A DNA stretch of 57,368 nt, filler included, from Circinaria calcarea (GCA_051942165.1; 7 parts of 7 records of this genome joined end to end with filler, not necessarily neighbours in it), one strand, 5' to 3'; counted from the whole stretch's first letter, positions 36,065-49,074 are shown. A program made the numbers and translations. Notes: generated from the letters alone by a model not told the origin.

Positions 36065-36680
36065 TCATCTTCCAGACGACCTCGCTGTGCATATTAGACG
36101 GCTGCTTGAGTATGTCTACTCCGGAACCTACAGTGCCAAAGGGGACAATGAACCGCAGAGCAGAGACCCAGAAGTACTTTTTGGCTGGCTCGTATGTATA
36201 TTTTGGCGGACAAATACCATCTCAATCGTCTCAAGGTGAGCACGGTGTTGAGGATTTCTAAGATTATGAGGATGTTGTTCCTTACAAAGACATCCCTTCA
36301 GATAACGCATGACATATACAAGAACACACCAGAGACGGACCGCACCTTCAAAAAGTTCTTCGCCGTCGCCTTTCCGGTAATAGTCAGGAGGGTCACTGAA
36401 ACAAGCAGCGCCTATCTCAAAGAGCTAGTTCATGGCGGGGGTATGCTAGCAAGTGATATCTGTGCTGCTCGGATAAAGGCTTTTAACTGGAACGAAGCCG
36501 CGTTGGTGGCATGCCAAGCGGAGGTTGAGCAATGGAAGGTGGAAGGTCAAATGTGGAGATGCAGAGGAGACCAAGGCAACGGCTGCCAACGCGGCCGGAG
36601 CAATGCATGCAGACAACCACGTTCGGTGTCATCGCTGTACTTTTCCAGTGCAATACCACAACCCTTGCCTTGAGCGGTAA
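36065..36680 (+). pseudogene. 5'-truncated, frameshifted BTB/POZ paralog
   Basis: HLPDDLAVHIRRLLEYVYSG (fs ~36180) LARMYILADKYHLNRLK...; a 7-nt duplication at 36533-36546 shifts the frame; corrected tail ...MHADNHVRCHRC...*. Confidence 0.78.
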
Positions 36681-37517
36681 ATCTAACACTAGGTAACTCA
36701 AGTAGTCCGCTTCGCTCCCTTTCCTCTCGGACTTCAACTGTTACAGGTACGGAACCTGATCTTGACCCTATACAACTCATGAGACATCTTTCTAATCAGA
36801 ACGGTATACAGTCAGGGATGTTAAACCTGGCCGCAGGCCTGCGCTCCGTTTGGATATCGAGATTGAGAAATCGCAGGGATGGCTGCAACATCATCAGGCG
36901 AGCGTTGTATCTCTCTGAGCAAATTCTTTCATAGTTTTCAAAACCCGGTACATTATCGAACCGTCTTCTATCCGCACCAGTTGAGAAAGACAGATCGTCT
37001 GTAGGACTCCTATTCATCTAAGCTGAATTCGGCGTCTTAAAATGCCCACAGCTACTTAGATTATGGCTTTCCTACTCCTGATATCGAATTAAGGAGAACA
37101 ACGTATACTAAAGTAAAGTACTAACGTGGAGCACAACACCCCCGCTAGGTACGCTCATCCACCTTCTTTCTTACACTCTGACCCTTCTAAAGCACGACCC
37201 ATCTCGCTTGACCAGATGAATAAATATTCATAGACGAGCAACGAGACTAAGGTCCTACACTCCAGTTTCAACACCAGCATCTTAAAACTCCCGTCAGCTA
37301 GTCTTGAGTTCTAGAATCACGCATCCATACCTGCAAGGCCGTTGGTGATACAACAATCCTCGATCCTAGGAGCTGTCGTGAAATCTAGACTCGTGCTCGA
37401 ATACCATCAAGGGCACCTAGCTGTAGACGCTAGGAATCCTGAACCGGAAGTCTCACTGCAAATCCTTTTGGCTTCCCACCCAGCGGTTGTTCAGAGTATC
37501 CACTCAATTCTGACACG

Positions 37518-38586
37518 ATGGTTGGAAATGTAGTAACTGGCAAGGAGGGCCCTAAGAGCAAAGGACCTGAGGGAGGACAAGCTGTTCCAACTACTTTGGG
37601 CAGGTAAAGATTCTACGTGACTTCCTCTTTTCGATCTACCTAACCATACATCTAGGCGCTTTGACTCAGAAGTCTTCACGATCATCGTTGGAGATACAAA
37701 ATCACGCTTCATGGCTCATGTTAGCGTCTTGTCTCAATCTCCAGTCCTTGCATGTATGTGCAGTGGACCTTTCCAGGAGAGCTTAAACCAGCTTATTAGT
37801 CTACCCGACGATGACGCCGCAAACTTTGGACTACTACTGGAATTCCTCTACCAAGACAATCTTCCAGATTTGATAGTCTCAGGGTCCAATGCGTATATCG
37901 AAACGCTCGCAGATATCTACATACTAGCGGATAAATACCAGCTACAAACCCTCAAGGAGGCCGTCATCTCGCAACTGCGCTCCTGGGATGGTCTCTATGA
38001 TACCCCAATGGACTTTTTCACAATGGCACACAGGATCTACCATGATATCTCCCATTCGGTGTCTGACAAGAGTCTGCATGATTACTTCCTCGAACAAGCG
38101 AGACTTAAACTGCCTCTCCTGACTTCCTATGGAGTCGGCTACTTGGAAGAGCTTCTAGATCGTGGAGGAAGATTTGCTACGGATGTATTTAAAGTACAAC
38201 ATGATTTGATGATAGATGTCAAGACTTTCAGAGACCAACTGGAGAAGAAACTCACACAAAGTTGCCACGACGGGGAAATAGCGGCAGAACGCTACAGATT
38301 GCTGAGCGAACGTCTAGCGAATGCAGAGGAACAACATGCTCTAAGTTTGAAGAACATGCAAGGCCAGTTGACAAAGACTCAAAAAGACTTGGGAGCTACG
38401 AGAGACAAATCTAATAAACTGTGTACTAAGTACGTGATAGCTAAAATAGACCATACGAACAACCATGATTCATGTGCTTCATGCCGTTACCCTGAAGGTG
38501 GGTCTTTTCACTTTTCTGTCCTTTACCGGTTCAGAGATTTATCAGCTGACACATATACAAGGCACATAGTGACTAATTATGGTTAG
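37518..38586 (+). CDS. BTB/POZ domain protein with coiled coil and C-terminal HxxxHxxCxxC; intron 37604-37655
   Basis: FTIIVG....FMAHVSVLSQSPVLACMCSGPFQES...ISLPDDD...FGLLLEFLY; LADIYILADKYQLQTLK. Confidence 0.9.
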
Positions 38587-39258
38587 CGGTCAACAGACTG
38601 CATCCGTTAGAGAACTGGAATTACTTGGATTATTTAACCAGATTGCGAACTGTCAGCACCACACTCTGACTGATCTATTCAATCTACACTGCCGATGCAG
38701 TTGTTGAAGGTCATGGATGTGTTCAAAAGGCGAATTGCTCCTTTCTTAGCACCTGCCTTATGCAATAGTTTCTTCAGGAACTTTGACCACCCACAAAATC
38801 GCAGAATTGTTGTGCAGTGTGTCTGTGAAAGTGCTGCAATTGCCCTGAACCTATTCCATAGTACTCTCCGAGATTTCAATTTTGAAATTCAAGTAACACT
38901 TAAAATTCTAGTAGTAATATCCTCGTGACCGCGTATGCCCTACGGCTATACCTCATTGGGTGTTAATCATTTGTCGCCACATACAACACGCAAGCGAGGA
39001 GTTAGTCATAGGCCACAAACGACCCAGGCGTATACGTTAATTCATCACCGCATAAAGTGTGGGGATCAGCATTCAATCTCTCCAAACACTACAGCAAAGA
39101 CATTCTCCATCAAGTTCTAAGATCCTGGGTCTCATGTTACTCATCTAGCTTGAGTCTTCATCCAGCATCGGGTACCTACAGTCTCAATCAACCATCGTAC
39201 GGCCTTGGTCATTCTAGCCGCCTTGAACGGATCCGTCAGTACCGAGAACACGTCTGAG

Positions 39259-40289
39259 ATGGATACTACCAAGTACTCCAGAATGGAAGAAGTAGCTATA
39301 CCTTCGGTTGAGACGCCGTCGTGCGTCAAGTTTCTAGTCGATTCTGACCAGATGGGCTCGTAAGTCTCCCGATTATCGTCAAGCTACCCACGGGTGTACC
39401 TTTAACGCTTGGCAACAGGCGGTTCGCCTCAAAGGTGTTTACCATTACGGTTGGAGACTCCAACTCGACATTCTCGGCTCATGCCAACATCTTATCCAAA
39501 TCACCGGTGCTGGCTCGAATGTGTCAAGCTCCCTTTCAGGAGAGCCTTACCGGTCACATCGACCTCCCTGATGAAAGTGCCGAGGACTTTGGATTCCTGC
39601 TGGAGTACCTGTACATTGAAAATCTGGCGGTCCCCCTTTTCGACACCGAGGAAGATGAGGTTGCGTTTGCGAATAAACTCGCCGACATTTATATCATCGC
39701 CGATAAGTATCAAGTCATCTCCCTCAAGTTTCGCATCGTCAAGGAGTTCATCTCCATCACTCCTTTCTCCGATAACCCGTCGGCTTTTTTCCAGATGGCC
39801 CATCGAATGTACCACGACACGTCCGGTTCGAAATCCGATGGACCGTTCCGCGATTACTTCGAGTACCGTGCCGCGCTTTTGATGCGTTACATGAATGATG
39901 ACGTCCTCGAAGTTCTGGACGGCCTCCTCGAGGACGGAGGCAAGTTTGCGGTGGATATCGCCAAAGCCATGCGCCGTGAGCTCGACTACGAAGTGTGCGA
40001 GAGACTCAAGGACCAGCATACGCTTGCGGAAACTGAATCAACGCTGATCGCCGTGACCTCCACCATGGAGGCGGTTAAAGAGGACCTAGTAGCCGCCGAT
40101 GAACGAGAAAAGGTGGCGGCAAGAACCGGCAAAGACGTGAAAGTGCAGTTGCGATACGAGCACGATAAATACAACAAATCGAAAATCCAGCATGGGCACC
40201 ACCATCCCTCTTGCACCTTTTGCACATTCTCGGATTCGGTGAGTCTGTATGATACAACGAAATCTGCAATGGAGAGGCGACGGTACTGA
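39259..40289 (+). CDS. BTB/POZ domain protein with coiled coil and C-terminal HxxxHxxCxxC; intron 39360-39418
   Basis: FTITVG....FSAHANILSKSPVLARMCQAPFQES...IDLPDES...FGFLLEYLY; LADIYIIADKYQVISLK. Confidence 0.9.
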
Positions 40290-40598
40290 TTTCCTGGTCT
40301 AGCAATACACCCCCAGGCCATAATCATAGGATCGTGCTTAGGAGACATTAGGGTCCAGCCAGTGTCGCTTCCTTCAGCTACCACTTCACTTTCACGACAT
40401 CTCACGCTACCACTCCGTTTACCCTACCCCAGATAGCACAACCGTTTGAGCAATCGATGTAGTCACATTTTCGCAAGACCGGTCGCTAGAGCACCACTGG
40501 TCGATGGCGCAATGGACGGGATTGTTTAGGCTGATTACTCCGAGAGCCGCAGATACGGATGATGGGGCCTAAGGGTCTTATCATAGGCAGCAGGGACC

Positions 40599-40680
40599 AT
40601 CTGTAATTGGCTAAGAAGCATACCGTGCCAAAGCGAGAGAGGTATCTGTAGTCGGCTAAGAGAACATACCGTGCCCAACC
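40599..40680. repeat. Two imperfect direct copies of ATCTGTARTYGGCTAAGA..CATACCGTGCC
   Basis: Copies start near 40599 and 40644. Confidence 0.6.
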
Positions 40681-40963
40681 TAGAGAAATTAGTTGAAGTC
40701 CGGAGGTACTGCCATTTCGATAGTTTCAGATACCTACAGCGCTGAAAAGGATTCCCTCCATGTATTCGTCTCTCTTCCCTTCTGCTCTTCCCGTCTTTCT
40801 CACATCTCACCCTCATTCAAGTGATAGCTGCAGATCATACCACAGCACTCGCCCAGCACAGCCACAAGGTCTCAATGTAAAAAAACCCGGTCATGCCAAT
40901 CTTGAATCCCCTCCTTTCACCTAGTCCTCTCAACCCCCATCGCCCTCCCTGTCTGCCCCCCGC

Positions 40964-41063
40964 NNNNNNNNNNNNNNNNNNNNNNNNNNNNNNNNNNNNN
41001 NNNNNNNTTAATTAATTAANNNNNNNNNNNNNNNNNNNNNNNNNNNNNNNNNNNNNNNNNNNN
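40964..41063. other. Artificial contig-joining linker
   Basis: N44-TTAATTAATTAA-N44. Confidence 0.98.
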
Positions 41064-41758
41064 CTCCCCGTAGTATACAAATATACCAATATACACTTTA
41101 TACACACACCCCGAACTTCAGAATTTGCCTTTGCCATTTGCCTTTTCCATTTGCCATTTTCTCGTTCCGAAAAAGGTAGTAGGGCCGGACCGGCCGGCTT
41201 TAAAAGGGAGTAGGGAGTTAACGAGGGAAGAATTAGAAAGAGGGGAGGGAGCGGAGCATTAAGGGGAAACTGAGAAGAGTTATAATAAAACAATATAGGG
41301 GGGGGGGTGTAGCAGTGGGGTAGGCCTGATATAAACTCCCATCGATGTCGACTTGAAAATGCATTTAGTTATTGTCTGGGGTACTCCTATTGGACGATTA
41401 AAAAAATATGCCTTCGGTGGCGGATAAACCTTGTGCCGTTGCCAAGACATTACGGTAGGCAAAAGTGCATTTTCGTAATTACCCACGCCAAAGACTCAGT
41501 TACGATTGCGGTTTTAAGTAGACCTCGACTCCTCAAAACCCATATATATAAACCAATTTATAAATACTGGCGGCCACGCCCGTACCCTTTGAAACGATAA
41601 TAACCTAACTCTCATCAAACCTATTATCTCCACCTTCGAAAAAACGGGCATATTTATTAGATTTGTTCCGATATCATTAGGGAATCTTTGGCGAGGGCTC
41701 TTTTACAGATGCTTGATCTCGGCTTGTTTAGAAAAATCGATCCATCGAAGAATAAATG

Positions 41759-42592
41759 TCATGAAGTCCGAAGGCCGGGCTTATTTCGTTTCTGGCATTT
41801 CATGAGAAGGGTGAGGAACGCGATTATGAGAGTTGGCAGCCCAATGCTGATGCCCACCCCTGAGCTATGTTTCGATCGGTGCTGGACCCTCCAGCAGCTG
41901 CTGTACTTGTTGTATCGGGAGGGGTCGTGGTGGCTATTGTAAGGCTAGATTGCATCCAGCTTGAATTCGGAAATACTGTAGTCGCCGCCGTCAAACGTGC
42001 GCTATCACTGCTGGTGGGGAAGGTCTCAGAGGTAGATGATTCTAAGCTTCGAATGCGGCTTAGTAGACTAGGTGCGATGGGAGCGCCGCTCATAGCGGCT
42101 CCTAGTTTATTAGTATAGCAAGTGGTATTCACCATGGATACGCCGCGTGGGCAGTAGGTCCCGTCTGTACATTTGCTAAGCTGGACTCTCGATGCAACCA
42201 CATCTTGTTGTTGAGGTCATGTCAGCAATTCTGCTCTCAAGTTGTCCAAGCGGCCGGCTTTGGCAACTTTCGCACTTACACGCAGCGATCGCGAAACAAG
42301 CCGGATCTTGCCAGGTGTAATCAGAGCATGACCGTCGCCATACAGTTTTGTTGTCATCGTCAGGTCCAACGGGACCATTCGGGCCACTGGTGCACAAACC
42401 ATCAGTCAGACAATTTTCGTCGGGTTGGCAGCACATTGAAGCGCCGACGGTGTTGAGGTAGTAACAAGCACTGGTAAAACGGTCAATGAAGCCATCAATG
42501 TTGTAGCAGGTGCCATCACCAGTAGGTGGAAAGGCAGTGACGAGAGCCATAATAATGGTAAGAACAAAGTAAAGCATGATTATGGTTTGCAT
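41759..42592 (-). pseudogene. Type I membrane protein (signal peptide, Cys-rich ectodomain, S/T stalk, TM; Mid2-like architecture) with a frameshift at the start of the TM helix
   Basis: MLYFVLTIIMALVTA signal; CY...C...MCC....CLTDGLC...WRRSCSDYTWQDPAC; intron ~42280-42206; S/T stalk; TM GVGISIGLPTLIIAFLTLL + KCQKR lies in a shifted frame from ~41862. Confidence 0.72.
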
Positions 42593-45500
42593 ATGGAAAG
42601 AACGGTTTTAGAAGAAGACTGAAATAAAGCTCTTGATCTTCAGCCTCGTCCTCGAGTCTGGCTGAAATTACATTGGGCTCGCCACCCTTGGCCGGCCATC
42701 CATCTTTTCGGCTTAGGTAGTTATGCAGTCCCTTCGGACATGGGTGTATGTGTGGTGGAAATTGACATCAGAAGTACAGTCTAGCATCAGGAAGTGCTAG
42801 ATATTCAACAAGACTTATATGTCGCAACAAAAGCCTGACTGCGAATGTGATCGGGGTTCAAATGTCGGCGAGCTCTCTCCTGGAGCCCAAAAGCTTGGGG
42901 AATTTCCTAAATCAGGAATTGATTACATGGAGCTTGGTACCTCTTTTGACAGCACCGCTGGATCCATAGAACATGGAACCGGAAGAGAGAGCCTACCTTG
43001 ACCTTCTTTCCCGTTCCCGCTCGAGAGTACCCAGACTCGTGCATAACAGAGGAACATACATTACCGATGGCCAGACTCTAACTGTGGGGTACAGGTTGAC
43101 TGGGGGCCCTCGGTACGGGGTATCATGCTGAACATGATTAGGAGACTTATTTTAGTAGGGAAGATACCGAAGCCGTCGGGACCTTTCGGTGGGAACCATC
43201 GAACCTGAAGTCAACAAGCTCGACCTCAATGCGAGTGTGACCGATCTAGACTCCCAACCCCACGAAAACAAATTGATCAAATCGCGGTGAAGGATCTATC
43301 GCCAAGTCAACCCCAGAGCCCAGACGCTGTCTGGTTGTCGTCGGGGCGAATTAAGTCCGCATTAGGGGCGGCAAAGGCGCCCGCAGATTCGATTGATACA
43401 AGGTACGCGTTTGCCCTGCATACAAAGCGTTTCCCATTCCTCACACTTTCGGTGTCACGGAGGCCCTTACAATGTTCAAATCGCCCTTGATTTACGGGGG
43501 TTGGGTACGACGACAAGTACTGTACTCGGTAGATGGGAGAATCATGGGGGAATAGCGTGGTGGTTTCGAGCAGCCCTTGAGACAAGGTCATGGGCAGAGT
43601 GAGGTCGTACACAGCGTTTCCAGGTGGTATTCCTGTTGTTATTGCGACAGAAGCGCTGTGATGCACGACAGATAAACCCCCTTGATTACGAGTGCAGTAC
43701 ATTGGAGTATTACCGCTTTTGCGCTGGATGATCTGTCATGAATCCTTTAGAGCTCGGGATAATGAAACCCAAGGATACTCTTCAATCTTGCAACTGTACA
43801 TCAGAATAGGCGTGAAACAAGTGACGAAAATGGGGTAGCGTCTACTGGGACACACAGCGCTTTGCTGCCTTCCAAATCCCAAGTGCTCAGATGTACTCTG
43901 TACTGTACCTCGCTAGTCTGACACTAAGATGCAAACAGGATTAGATTAGTTTGAGGGACTGAGAGTAGCGGGAAATTGGCCTGCCCTGTCATCGACCCTC
44001 TCCACCCGTTTCGCATTAAGGGTGTAAGGTGGGTGGCGATTATTGGAAGGATCAGTCGATCTGGATTCGGTCACCAGACCAGAACTGCTCATGCATTTCC
44101 TTTGAGGCCGAACAAAAACCGACACTTTCCTGACGTAGCGGAAGGCTGCCTTTCTGGGTAGAACACTAATCCTAAAGTAGGCGCATTTCTATCAACCCAA
44201 GATTTGAAGGGAACCACTTTTATCGCAATGTAATTTCCCTTATCCGCAGCCAGGCCTCGATCCGGTAATGAGCTCAGACCGGTGGGTGACCTTTGGTACT
44301 CTGTTCGTCGGAAAGGGAGAGAGGCCATGCCTGATCACCAGGGCTGATGACAGCGCGGGGTAAAAGTAGCGTCGCAAACGGGAGGACGAGAATGTGATGG
44401 AAACGCCTCCGCTAACAAAGTCGAGCGTGATGGTGCGATGAAGCATCCCAGTCCAGTTACAGTTATTAATTGCATAAAAATATCGATGGTGCAATCGGGC
44501 TGGTCAGTTAGGACTTGGTAGTCAACACGTCAACCACATCAGAACTGCTCGGCTGGTACTAGCTCAGTCATTCATCCAAAGGGAGCAGATCAATTCGATA
44601 GGGAGAGACTCCTCCGTCAAGTAGAGTACCAAGTAAACAAGCAGGTTGTGCAGAAAATATGCAGCTTCGGCGACTAATTGCCCTCAAACGGTTCTCCTGC
44701 AGCAAGCACATGAAAGGAGGGAGTGCAGAGTTAACAACCGACAAACAACAATCATAGGGCAGTGGAGGGAGACGCATGGAAAGCAATGGACGTGGATGGA
44801 ATGAGCTGCCCATTGATGAGACGAATCATCCAGCGCCATTAATGCAGCGACCGGACTTGGCGCCGCTAGAGACTAGTACGTCAACAGTTACGACGCATCC
44901 GATTTAGCGCTGTTGACTGCCAACGCCAACCAAGTACGGAGTACCAAGATCCAGGCACTGCTGCATACCCCATCATCTTGCCGTGCCCGCCCTCGACCTC
45001 ATCCCTCCTTCATTACCCATCATGATCCTCCTACAGCACCCCATAACCAACATCAATCCGATGAACCACGACTCCTAAACCATCGCCGGTGTTGCTCTCC
45101 GTCCTCTTGTTGTCCCTCCATATACTCGGTCCCTCGCCTTCACTCCCTTTGTTGCTCTCCAAGTCTCAAACCCCTCGCCTACCGACCTCACGCAATACCC
45201 AGCTACCTCCCTCTAATATCCACCACCCCGCCATCCGCCATCTCAAACCGACCTCCTTTGATCGAGTCCATTTCTTCACGACTGTCCCTCCTTCGACTGT
45301 TTTTCTATTCACGTTTTCGAATTATCTCGAGTCCTCGATTCCGGTTGCCTGGCGGACTTGGGGCAAATCGGCCACCTCAACCCCAGCGAAGACTCCCTAC
45401 TTCCATTACCGTTCTTCAGATCACATCGCTGCTATCCTGTCGGACCTGGACTCGGTGGCTATTTGCCGTCCTCGGCAGAGGCTGTGGGGAATCAAGAAAA

Positions 45501-46214
45501 CAGGCAGCGAACTGCGGGCCGTTGTGATTATCGCCTTGTGGCCGCTGCTCCTCCATCCTTCCCTTTGTGACGACTCGACGCAGCGATAGTTCCCAGCTCA
45601 TCAACCTTGTCGGCATATTCGACGTCCATTCCTTTCAGACACGACCAAACATTGTCTTCTTTTCGTGCCCCTCGTTTTCCCAATTTACCAATAACGAACC
45701 AGTAATACCATGCAGTCATAAACGCCTTCTCGATCCCTCGAACCTTGGGCGATCTGGCTTTCCTACCCCGGGTATTCCCCGCTGGACCTTTTTCTTTGTT
45801 TTCGAATAATATCCTTATCCAGTATATGAGTCTCTGAAAGAACGACAGGAGTTTTGCCATTTTCATGAGTGAAGGGTGGAAGATTGTGACGAGCGACTGT
45901 AGCGTTTGGTTTTTTTGCGTTTTCGTTGTCCCTATCCTGAACCCTAAAGGCTCGGCAGTACCACGACTTGACTCTGCCTCCTAGATTTTGTTCATAAATT
46001 TGCCTTCCGAACCACCACGGACCTCACACAGCCTGGGCCGCCCTGCAACCAAAGCTTTCGAGCGTTGGGTAGAGCACACCTGGATCTGTAGTCAGCTCGA
46101 CATCTCTTGACACTTTTCTGTTAGAAGTTCCTAGACGCTTTCACGTTTTAGCGACCATCGACTGTCCTAGTCTTCTGCCACGTTGGACGTACTTTCTCGC
46201 TCTCACAAACGACA

Positions 46215-48185
46215 ATGGACTGCATGAAGGATAGTTTTGTTGAAGGATTGGTTCTGGACGGTCGTTTCGAGTCAATCTCGCCGCTCAATCATGGATCATT
46301 TGGAATGGTTTTCCTGGCCAAAGATATTACCACTGGTGACCAGGTTGCAATCAAGTGTTTGACCAAGGTATCCACCACCGATGTCTGTCCAGCTGCGTGC
46401 GGCAACGACCATCTTCTGGAGCTGGCTTGCCATGCTCGCTTGGGCCACCATCCAAACATTGTCAATCTTCTCCATGCCTTTGAAACTGATACTCACATGT
46501 ATTTGGTCTTGGAGTTCTGTTCCATGGGTGACCTCTACGAAGCTATCCGTGTTGGGCGTGGCCCGCTCGAGACCGAACATGTTCGTGCATTCATGCTTCA
46601 GCTTGTCGACGCTGTGGATTTTATGCATTCGAAAGGTCTTTACCACCGTGACATCAAGCCCGAGAACATCTTCCTTACTCAAGACGGATCGATGAAACTC
46701 GGCGACTTTGGACTTTCAACCACCGAGACCTTGACTCATGAATCTTCTGTTGGGAGTGACCGATACATGGCTCCCGAGCAGTACGATCCACCGGAAAATG
46801 GCTATTCTCCTGCGCACGCTGATATCTGGGCCATTGGTATCTGCTTGTTGAACATCTTGTTCTCGCGCAATCCGTTTGTGACTCCATCCGAGTCTGACGT
46901 CCTCTTTGCCGACTATGTGCGAGACAAGCAGTCCCTTTTTGATATTTTCCCCAACATGTCTCAGGATACCTTCGAAGTTCTTGTCCACGCCATGTCAATT
47001 GACCCGAAGAAGCGTAACCTTGCAGCCGTTCGCGAGGCTTTGCAACGTGTACTAACCTTTACAATTGACGACGAGGTCTTTGATGATTTCTGTACTGAAG
47101 ATAGAGAAGTCGTTCCTGCCAGTTCTGCTCGTCCCCCTCTCCGTACACCGTCTATCCAAAGCCCTCCGGTGGAACAAGGGGGTGCGTTCCCCTGGGCCAA
47201 AGCACTCCATATGAGTCCTCCTCGGACTTCTCGTCAGCTTTCTGCCATTCCGGACATGGAGATTTGTCAAGAAGACATGTGCTCTGTTGCAGATAAGGAT
47301 CTGAATCCATGGTATTCGACTTCTGAACAGACCCCTTCCCTTGCTTCGGTCCTGGATTCAGCCCTTAGTGCGTCAGTCAAATCCATGCATTTCCGTGCAC
47401 CTGCGCCTCGTAATCCGCCTTGTGCTGTTCTGAGTCCCTTGTCGGGATCTTTGCCAGTCACTGCTTCTAAGCCTGTCTCTGCCATGTCTACCGTTTTTGG
47501 CAACAAAGACAACATGGTCTCGAAGAGCTGGAGTGATCTCTGGGACGAAGATGAAGAGGAAGAGCTTGTTGACACTCGACGCGCATTCAACGGACTCAAT
47601 TGGAGTCAAGAGAGCATTGACGACGATCCTACCATTCGTCACAATGGGTCAGCTGAAGTCAAGGCTTCGTCGCCCATTGATGTCGTGACAAAAAACGTTG
47701 ACAACGAGAGCCGCAACAAGTTTTATGACGGAATTAACGAGAAAACGGGGCTGTCGAATCAGGCTTTCAAGACGGCAAATAAGATGCCTACCTATTCTCC
47801 ACCTTCCAAACGTTCTATCTTGGACAAGTGGGCAGTGTTGGGTAATCGTCGACGTGCGTTCAATCAAGCGGAAGAGAAGAAACCAGAGTATGGGAGTCAA
47901 GATGGGAGCAAGAATGGAGGTGGACGAAAGCTTACGAGTACAGGCGGTTCCTGGAAAGGTGGGTTCGGTATGAAGGCGTATTCTGGGAATGCTGGTACTG
48001 GCGTTGGTTTCGGAGGCGGGTTCTGGCAGCGCAAGGACAAGGATACCCCGAATGCTGGGGTTAAGGTAAAGGATTGGCGTCGTGAAAACTCTCCTCATCA
48101 GTATCGTTACGGGAGAACTGGATCCTATGAGGACGATGATGCCGATATTGAGTGGGTTGGAGGTTGGCATGACCTCCACTTGTAA
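46215..48185 (+). CDS. KSP1: Ser/Thr protein kinase, Ksp1 (Ran1/Ksp1 family)
   Basis: LDGRFESISPLNHGSFGMVFLAKD, VAIKCL, HRDIKPEN, DFG, VGSDRYMAPE, DIWAIGICLLNILFSRNPF, SKSWSDLWDEDEEE; single 656-aa exon. Confidence 0.92.
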   Translation: MDCMKDSFVEGLVLDGRFESISPLNHGSFGMVFLAKDITTGDQVAIKCLTKVSTTDVCPAACGNDHLLELACHARLGHHPNIVNLLHAFETDTHMYLVLEFCSMGDLYEAIRVGRGPLETEHVRAFMLQLVDAVDFMHSKGLYHRDIKPENIFLTQDGSMKLGDFGLSTTETLTHESSVGSDRYMAPEQYDPPENGYSPAHADIWAIGICLLNILFSRNPFVTPSESDVLFADYVRDKQSLFDIFPNMSQDTFEVLVHAMSIDPKKRNLAAVREALQRVLTFTIDDEVFDDFCTEDREVVPASSARPPLRTPSIQSPPVEQGGAFPWAKALHMSPPRTSRQLSAIPDMEICQEDMCSVADKDLNPWYSTSEQTPSLASVLDSALSASVKSMHFRAPAPRNPPCAVLSPLSGSLPVTASKPVSAMSTVFGNKDNMVSKSWSDLWDEDEEEELVDTRRAFNGLNWSQESIDDDPTIRHNGSAEVKASSPIDVVTKNVDNESRNKFYDGINEKTGLSNQAFKTANKMPTYSPPSKRSILDKWAVLGNRRRAFNQAEEKKPEYGSQDGSKNGGGRKLTSTGGSWKGGFGMKAYSGNAGTGVGFGGGFWQRKDKDTPNAGVKVKDWRRENSPHQYRYGRTGSYEDDDADIEWVGGWHDLHL

Positions 48186-49041
48186 GCTTCGGTATCCCCT
48201 TGTCTCGATTGTTTACGGTGGGATATACATTCTTTTCCGCTCCTAATGGTGGCGGTATAGATGTGATGCTATCGGGATAATGTTGGCATTGAGGAGGCTG
48301 TTGGTTACGCATGTTGTGGAATTGGATGGAACCAAAACGCCGAGAACCTTCTTTTTTCCTCAAAAGGTTAGAAAGGTTGATTAGAACAGATTCAATGAAG
48401 ATAACATTTACCCACTCATACAATGGTTTGGTTTTGTTTTTCCCTCTTGATTTTGACTATCACGTGATTCGTATTGACAATTTTTCTGAAACTTGGAGTG
48501 AATAGAATAGAGTTTTCATGCAGGGCGGCGCGGGGTTGGGGAAAAGGGGGAGGCTAGGAGATTGATGAGATTTTCTCCCTCGGGCTACCTTGAGGAAAGG
48601 TACTCCCATCCTACGTTTCGTAATTCTATCTATCTATACTTGTTTGCTTGCTTGTTTGTTTGTAGAATTACGGGAGTTAAGTTACCCTACCTACCAATAA
48701 AAAGAAAATCCACTAATCTACCAAATAAAAAAAAGGTCCTTTAATAATTTAAAAAAGATTTAAACAAAGGAAGTACTACAGCCAATTGTTTTTGGTATAT
48801 ATAAATCTTTTCTTCTTTCTTTTTTTTTTTAGAAAAGGAAAACTCCGTTACGCGTATGATAAAGTGGGTAGATGGTACGCGGCGGATGGTAAAGTGGTAA
48901 GTGGTAAAGTGGGTAAAGAGTCCTTCCTTTTCTTGGCTTAATTCTTTCACTTTCGCTTTCGCGTACCGGTACCCCCGAACACCGGGGTATTTCCTGTTTT
49001 CGTTTCTGTTTCTGTACCTTTTTTCCTCTCTCTTTTCCTGC

Positions 49042-49042
49042 C

Positions 49043-49072
<30 letters not shown>
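49042..49072. repeat. (ACAT)n microsatellite next to (GGAAAC)n low-complexity DNA
   Basis: cacatacatacatacatacatacatacat. Confidence 0.9.

Positions 49073-49074
<2 letters not shown>

Noticed and set aside
43307..43702. 131-aa minus-strand ORF
   Set aside because: No motif, signal peptide or clear splice structure identified
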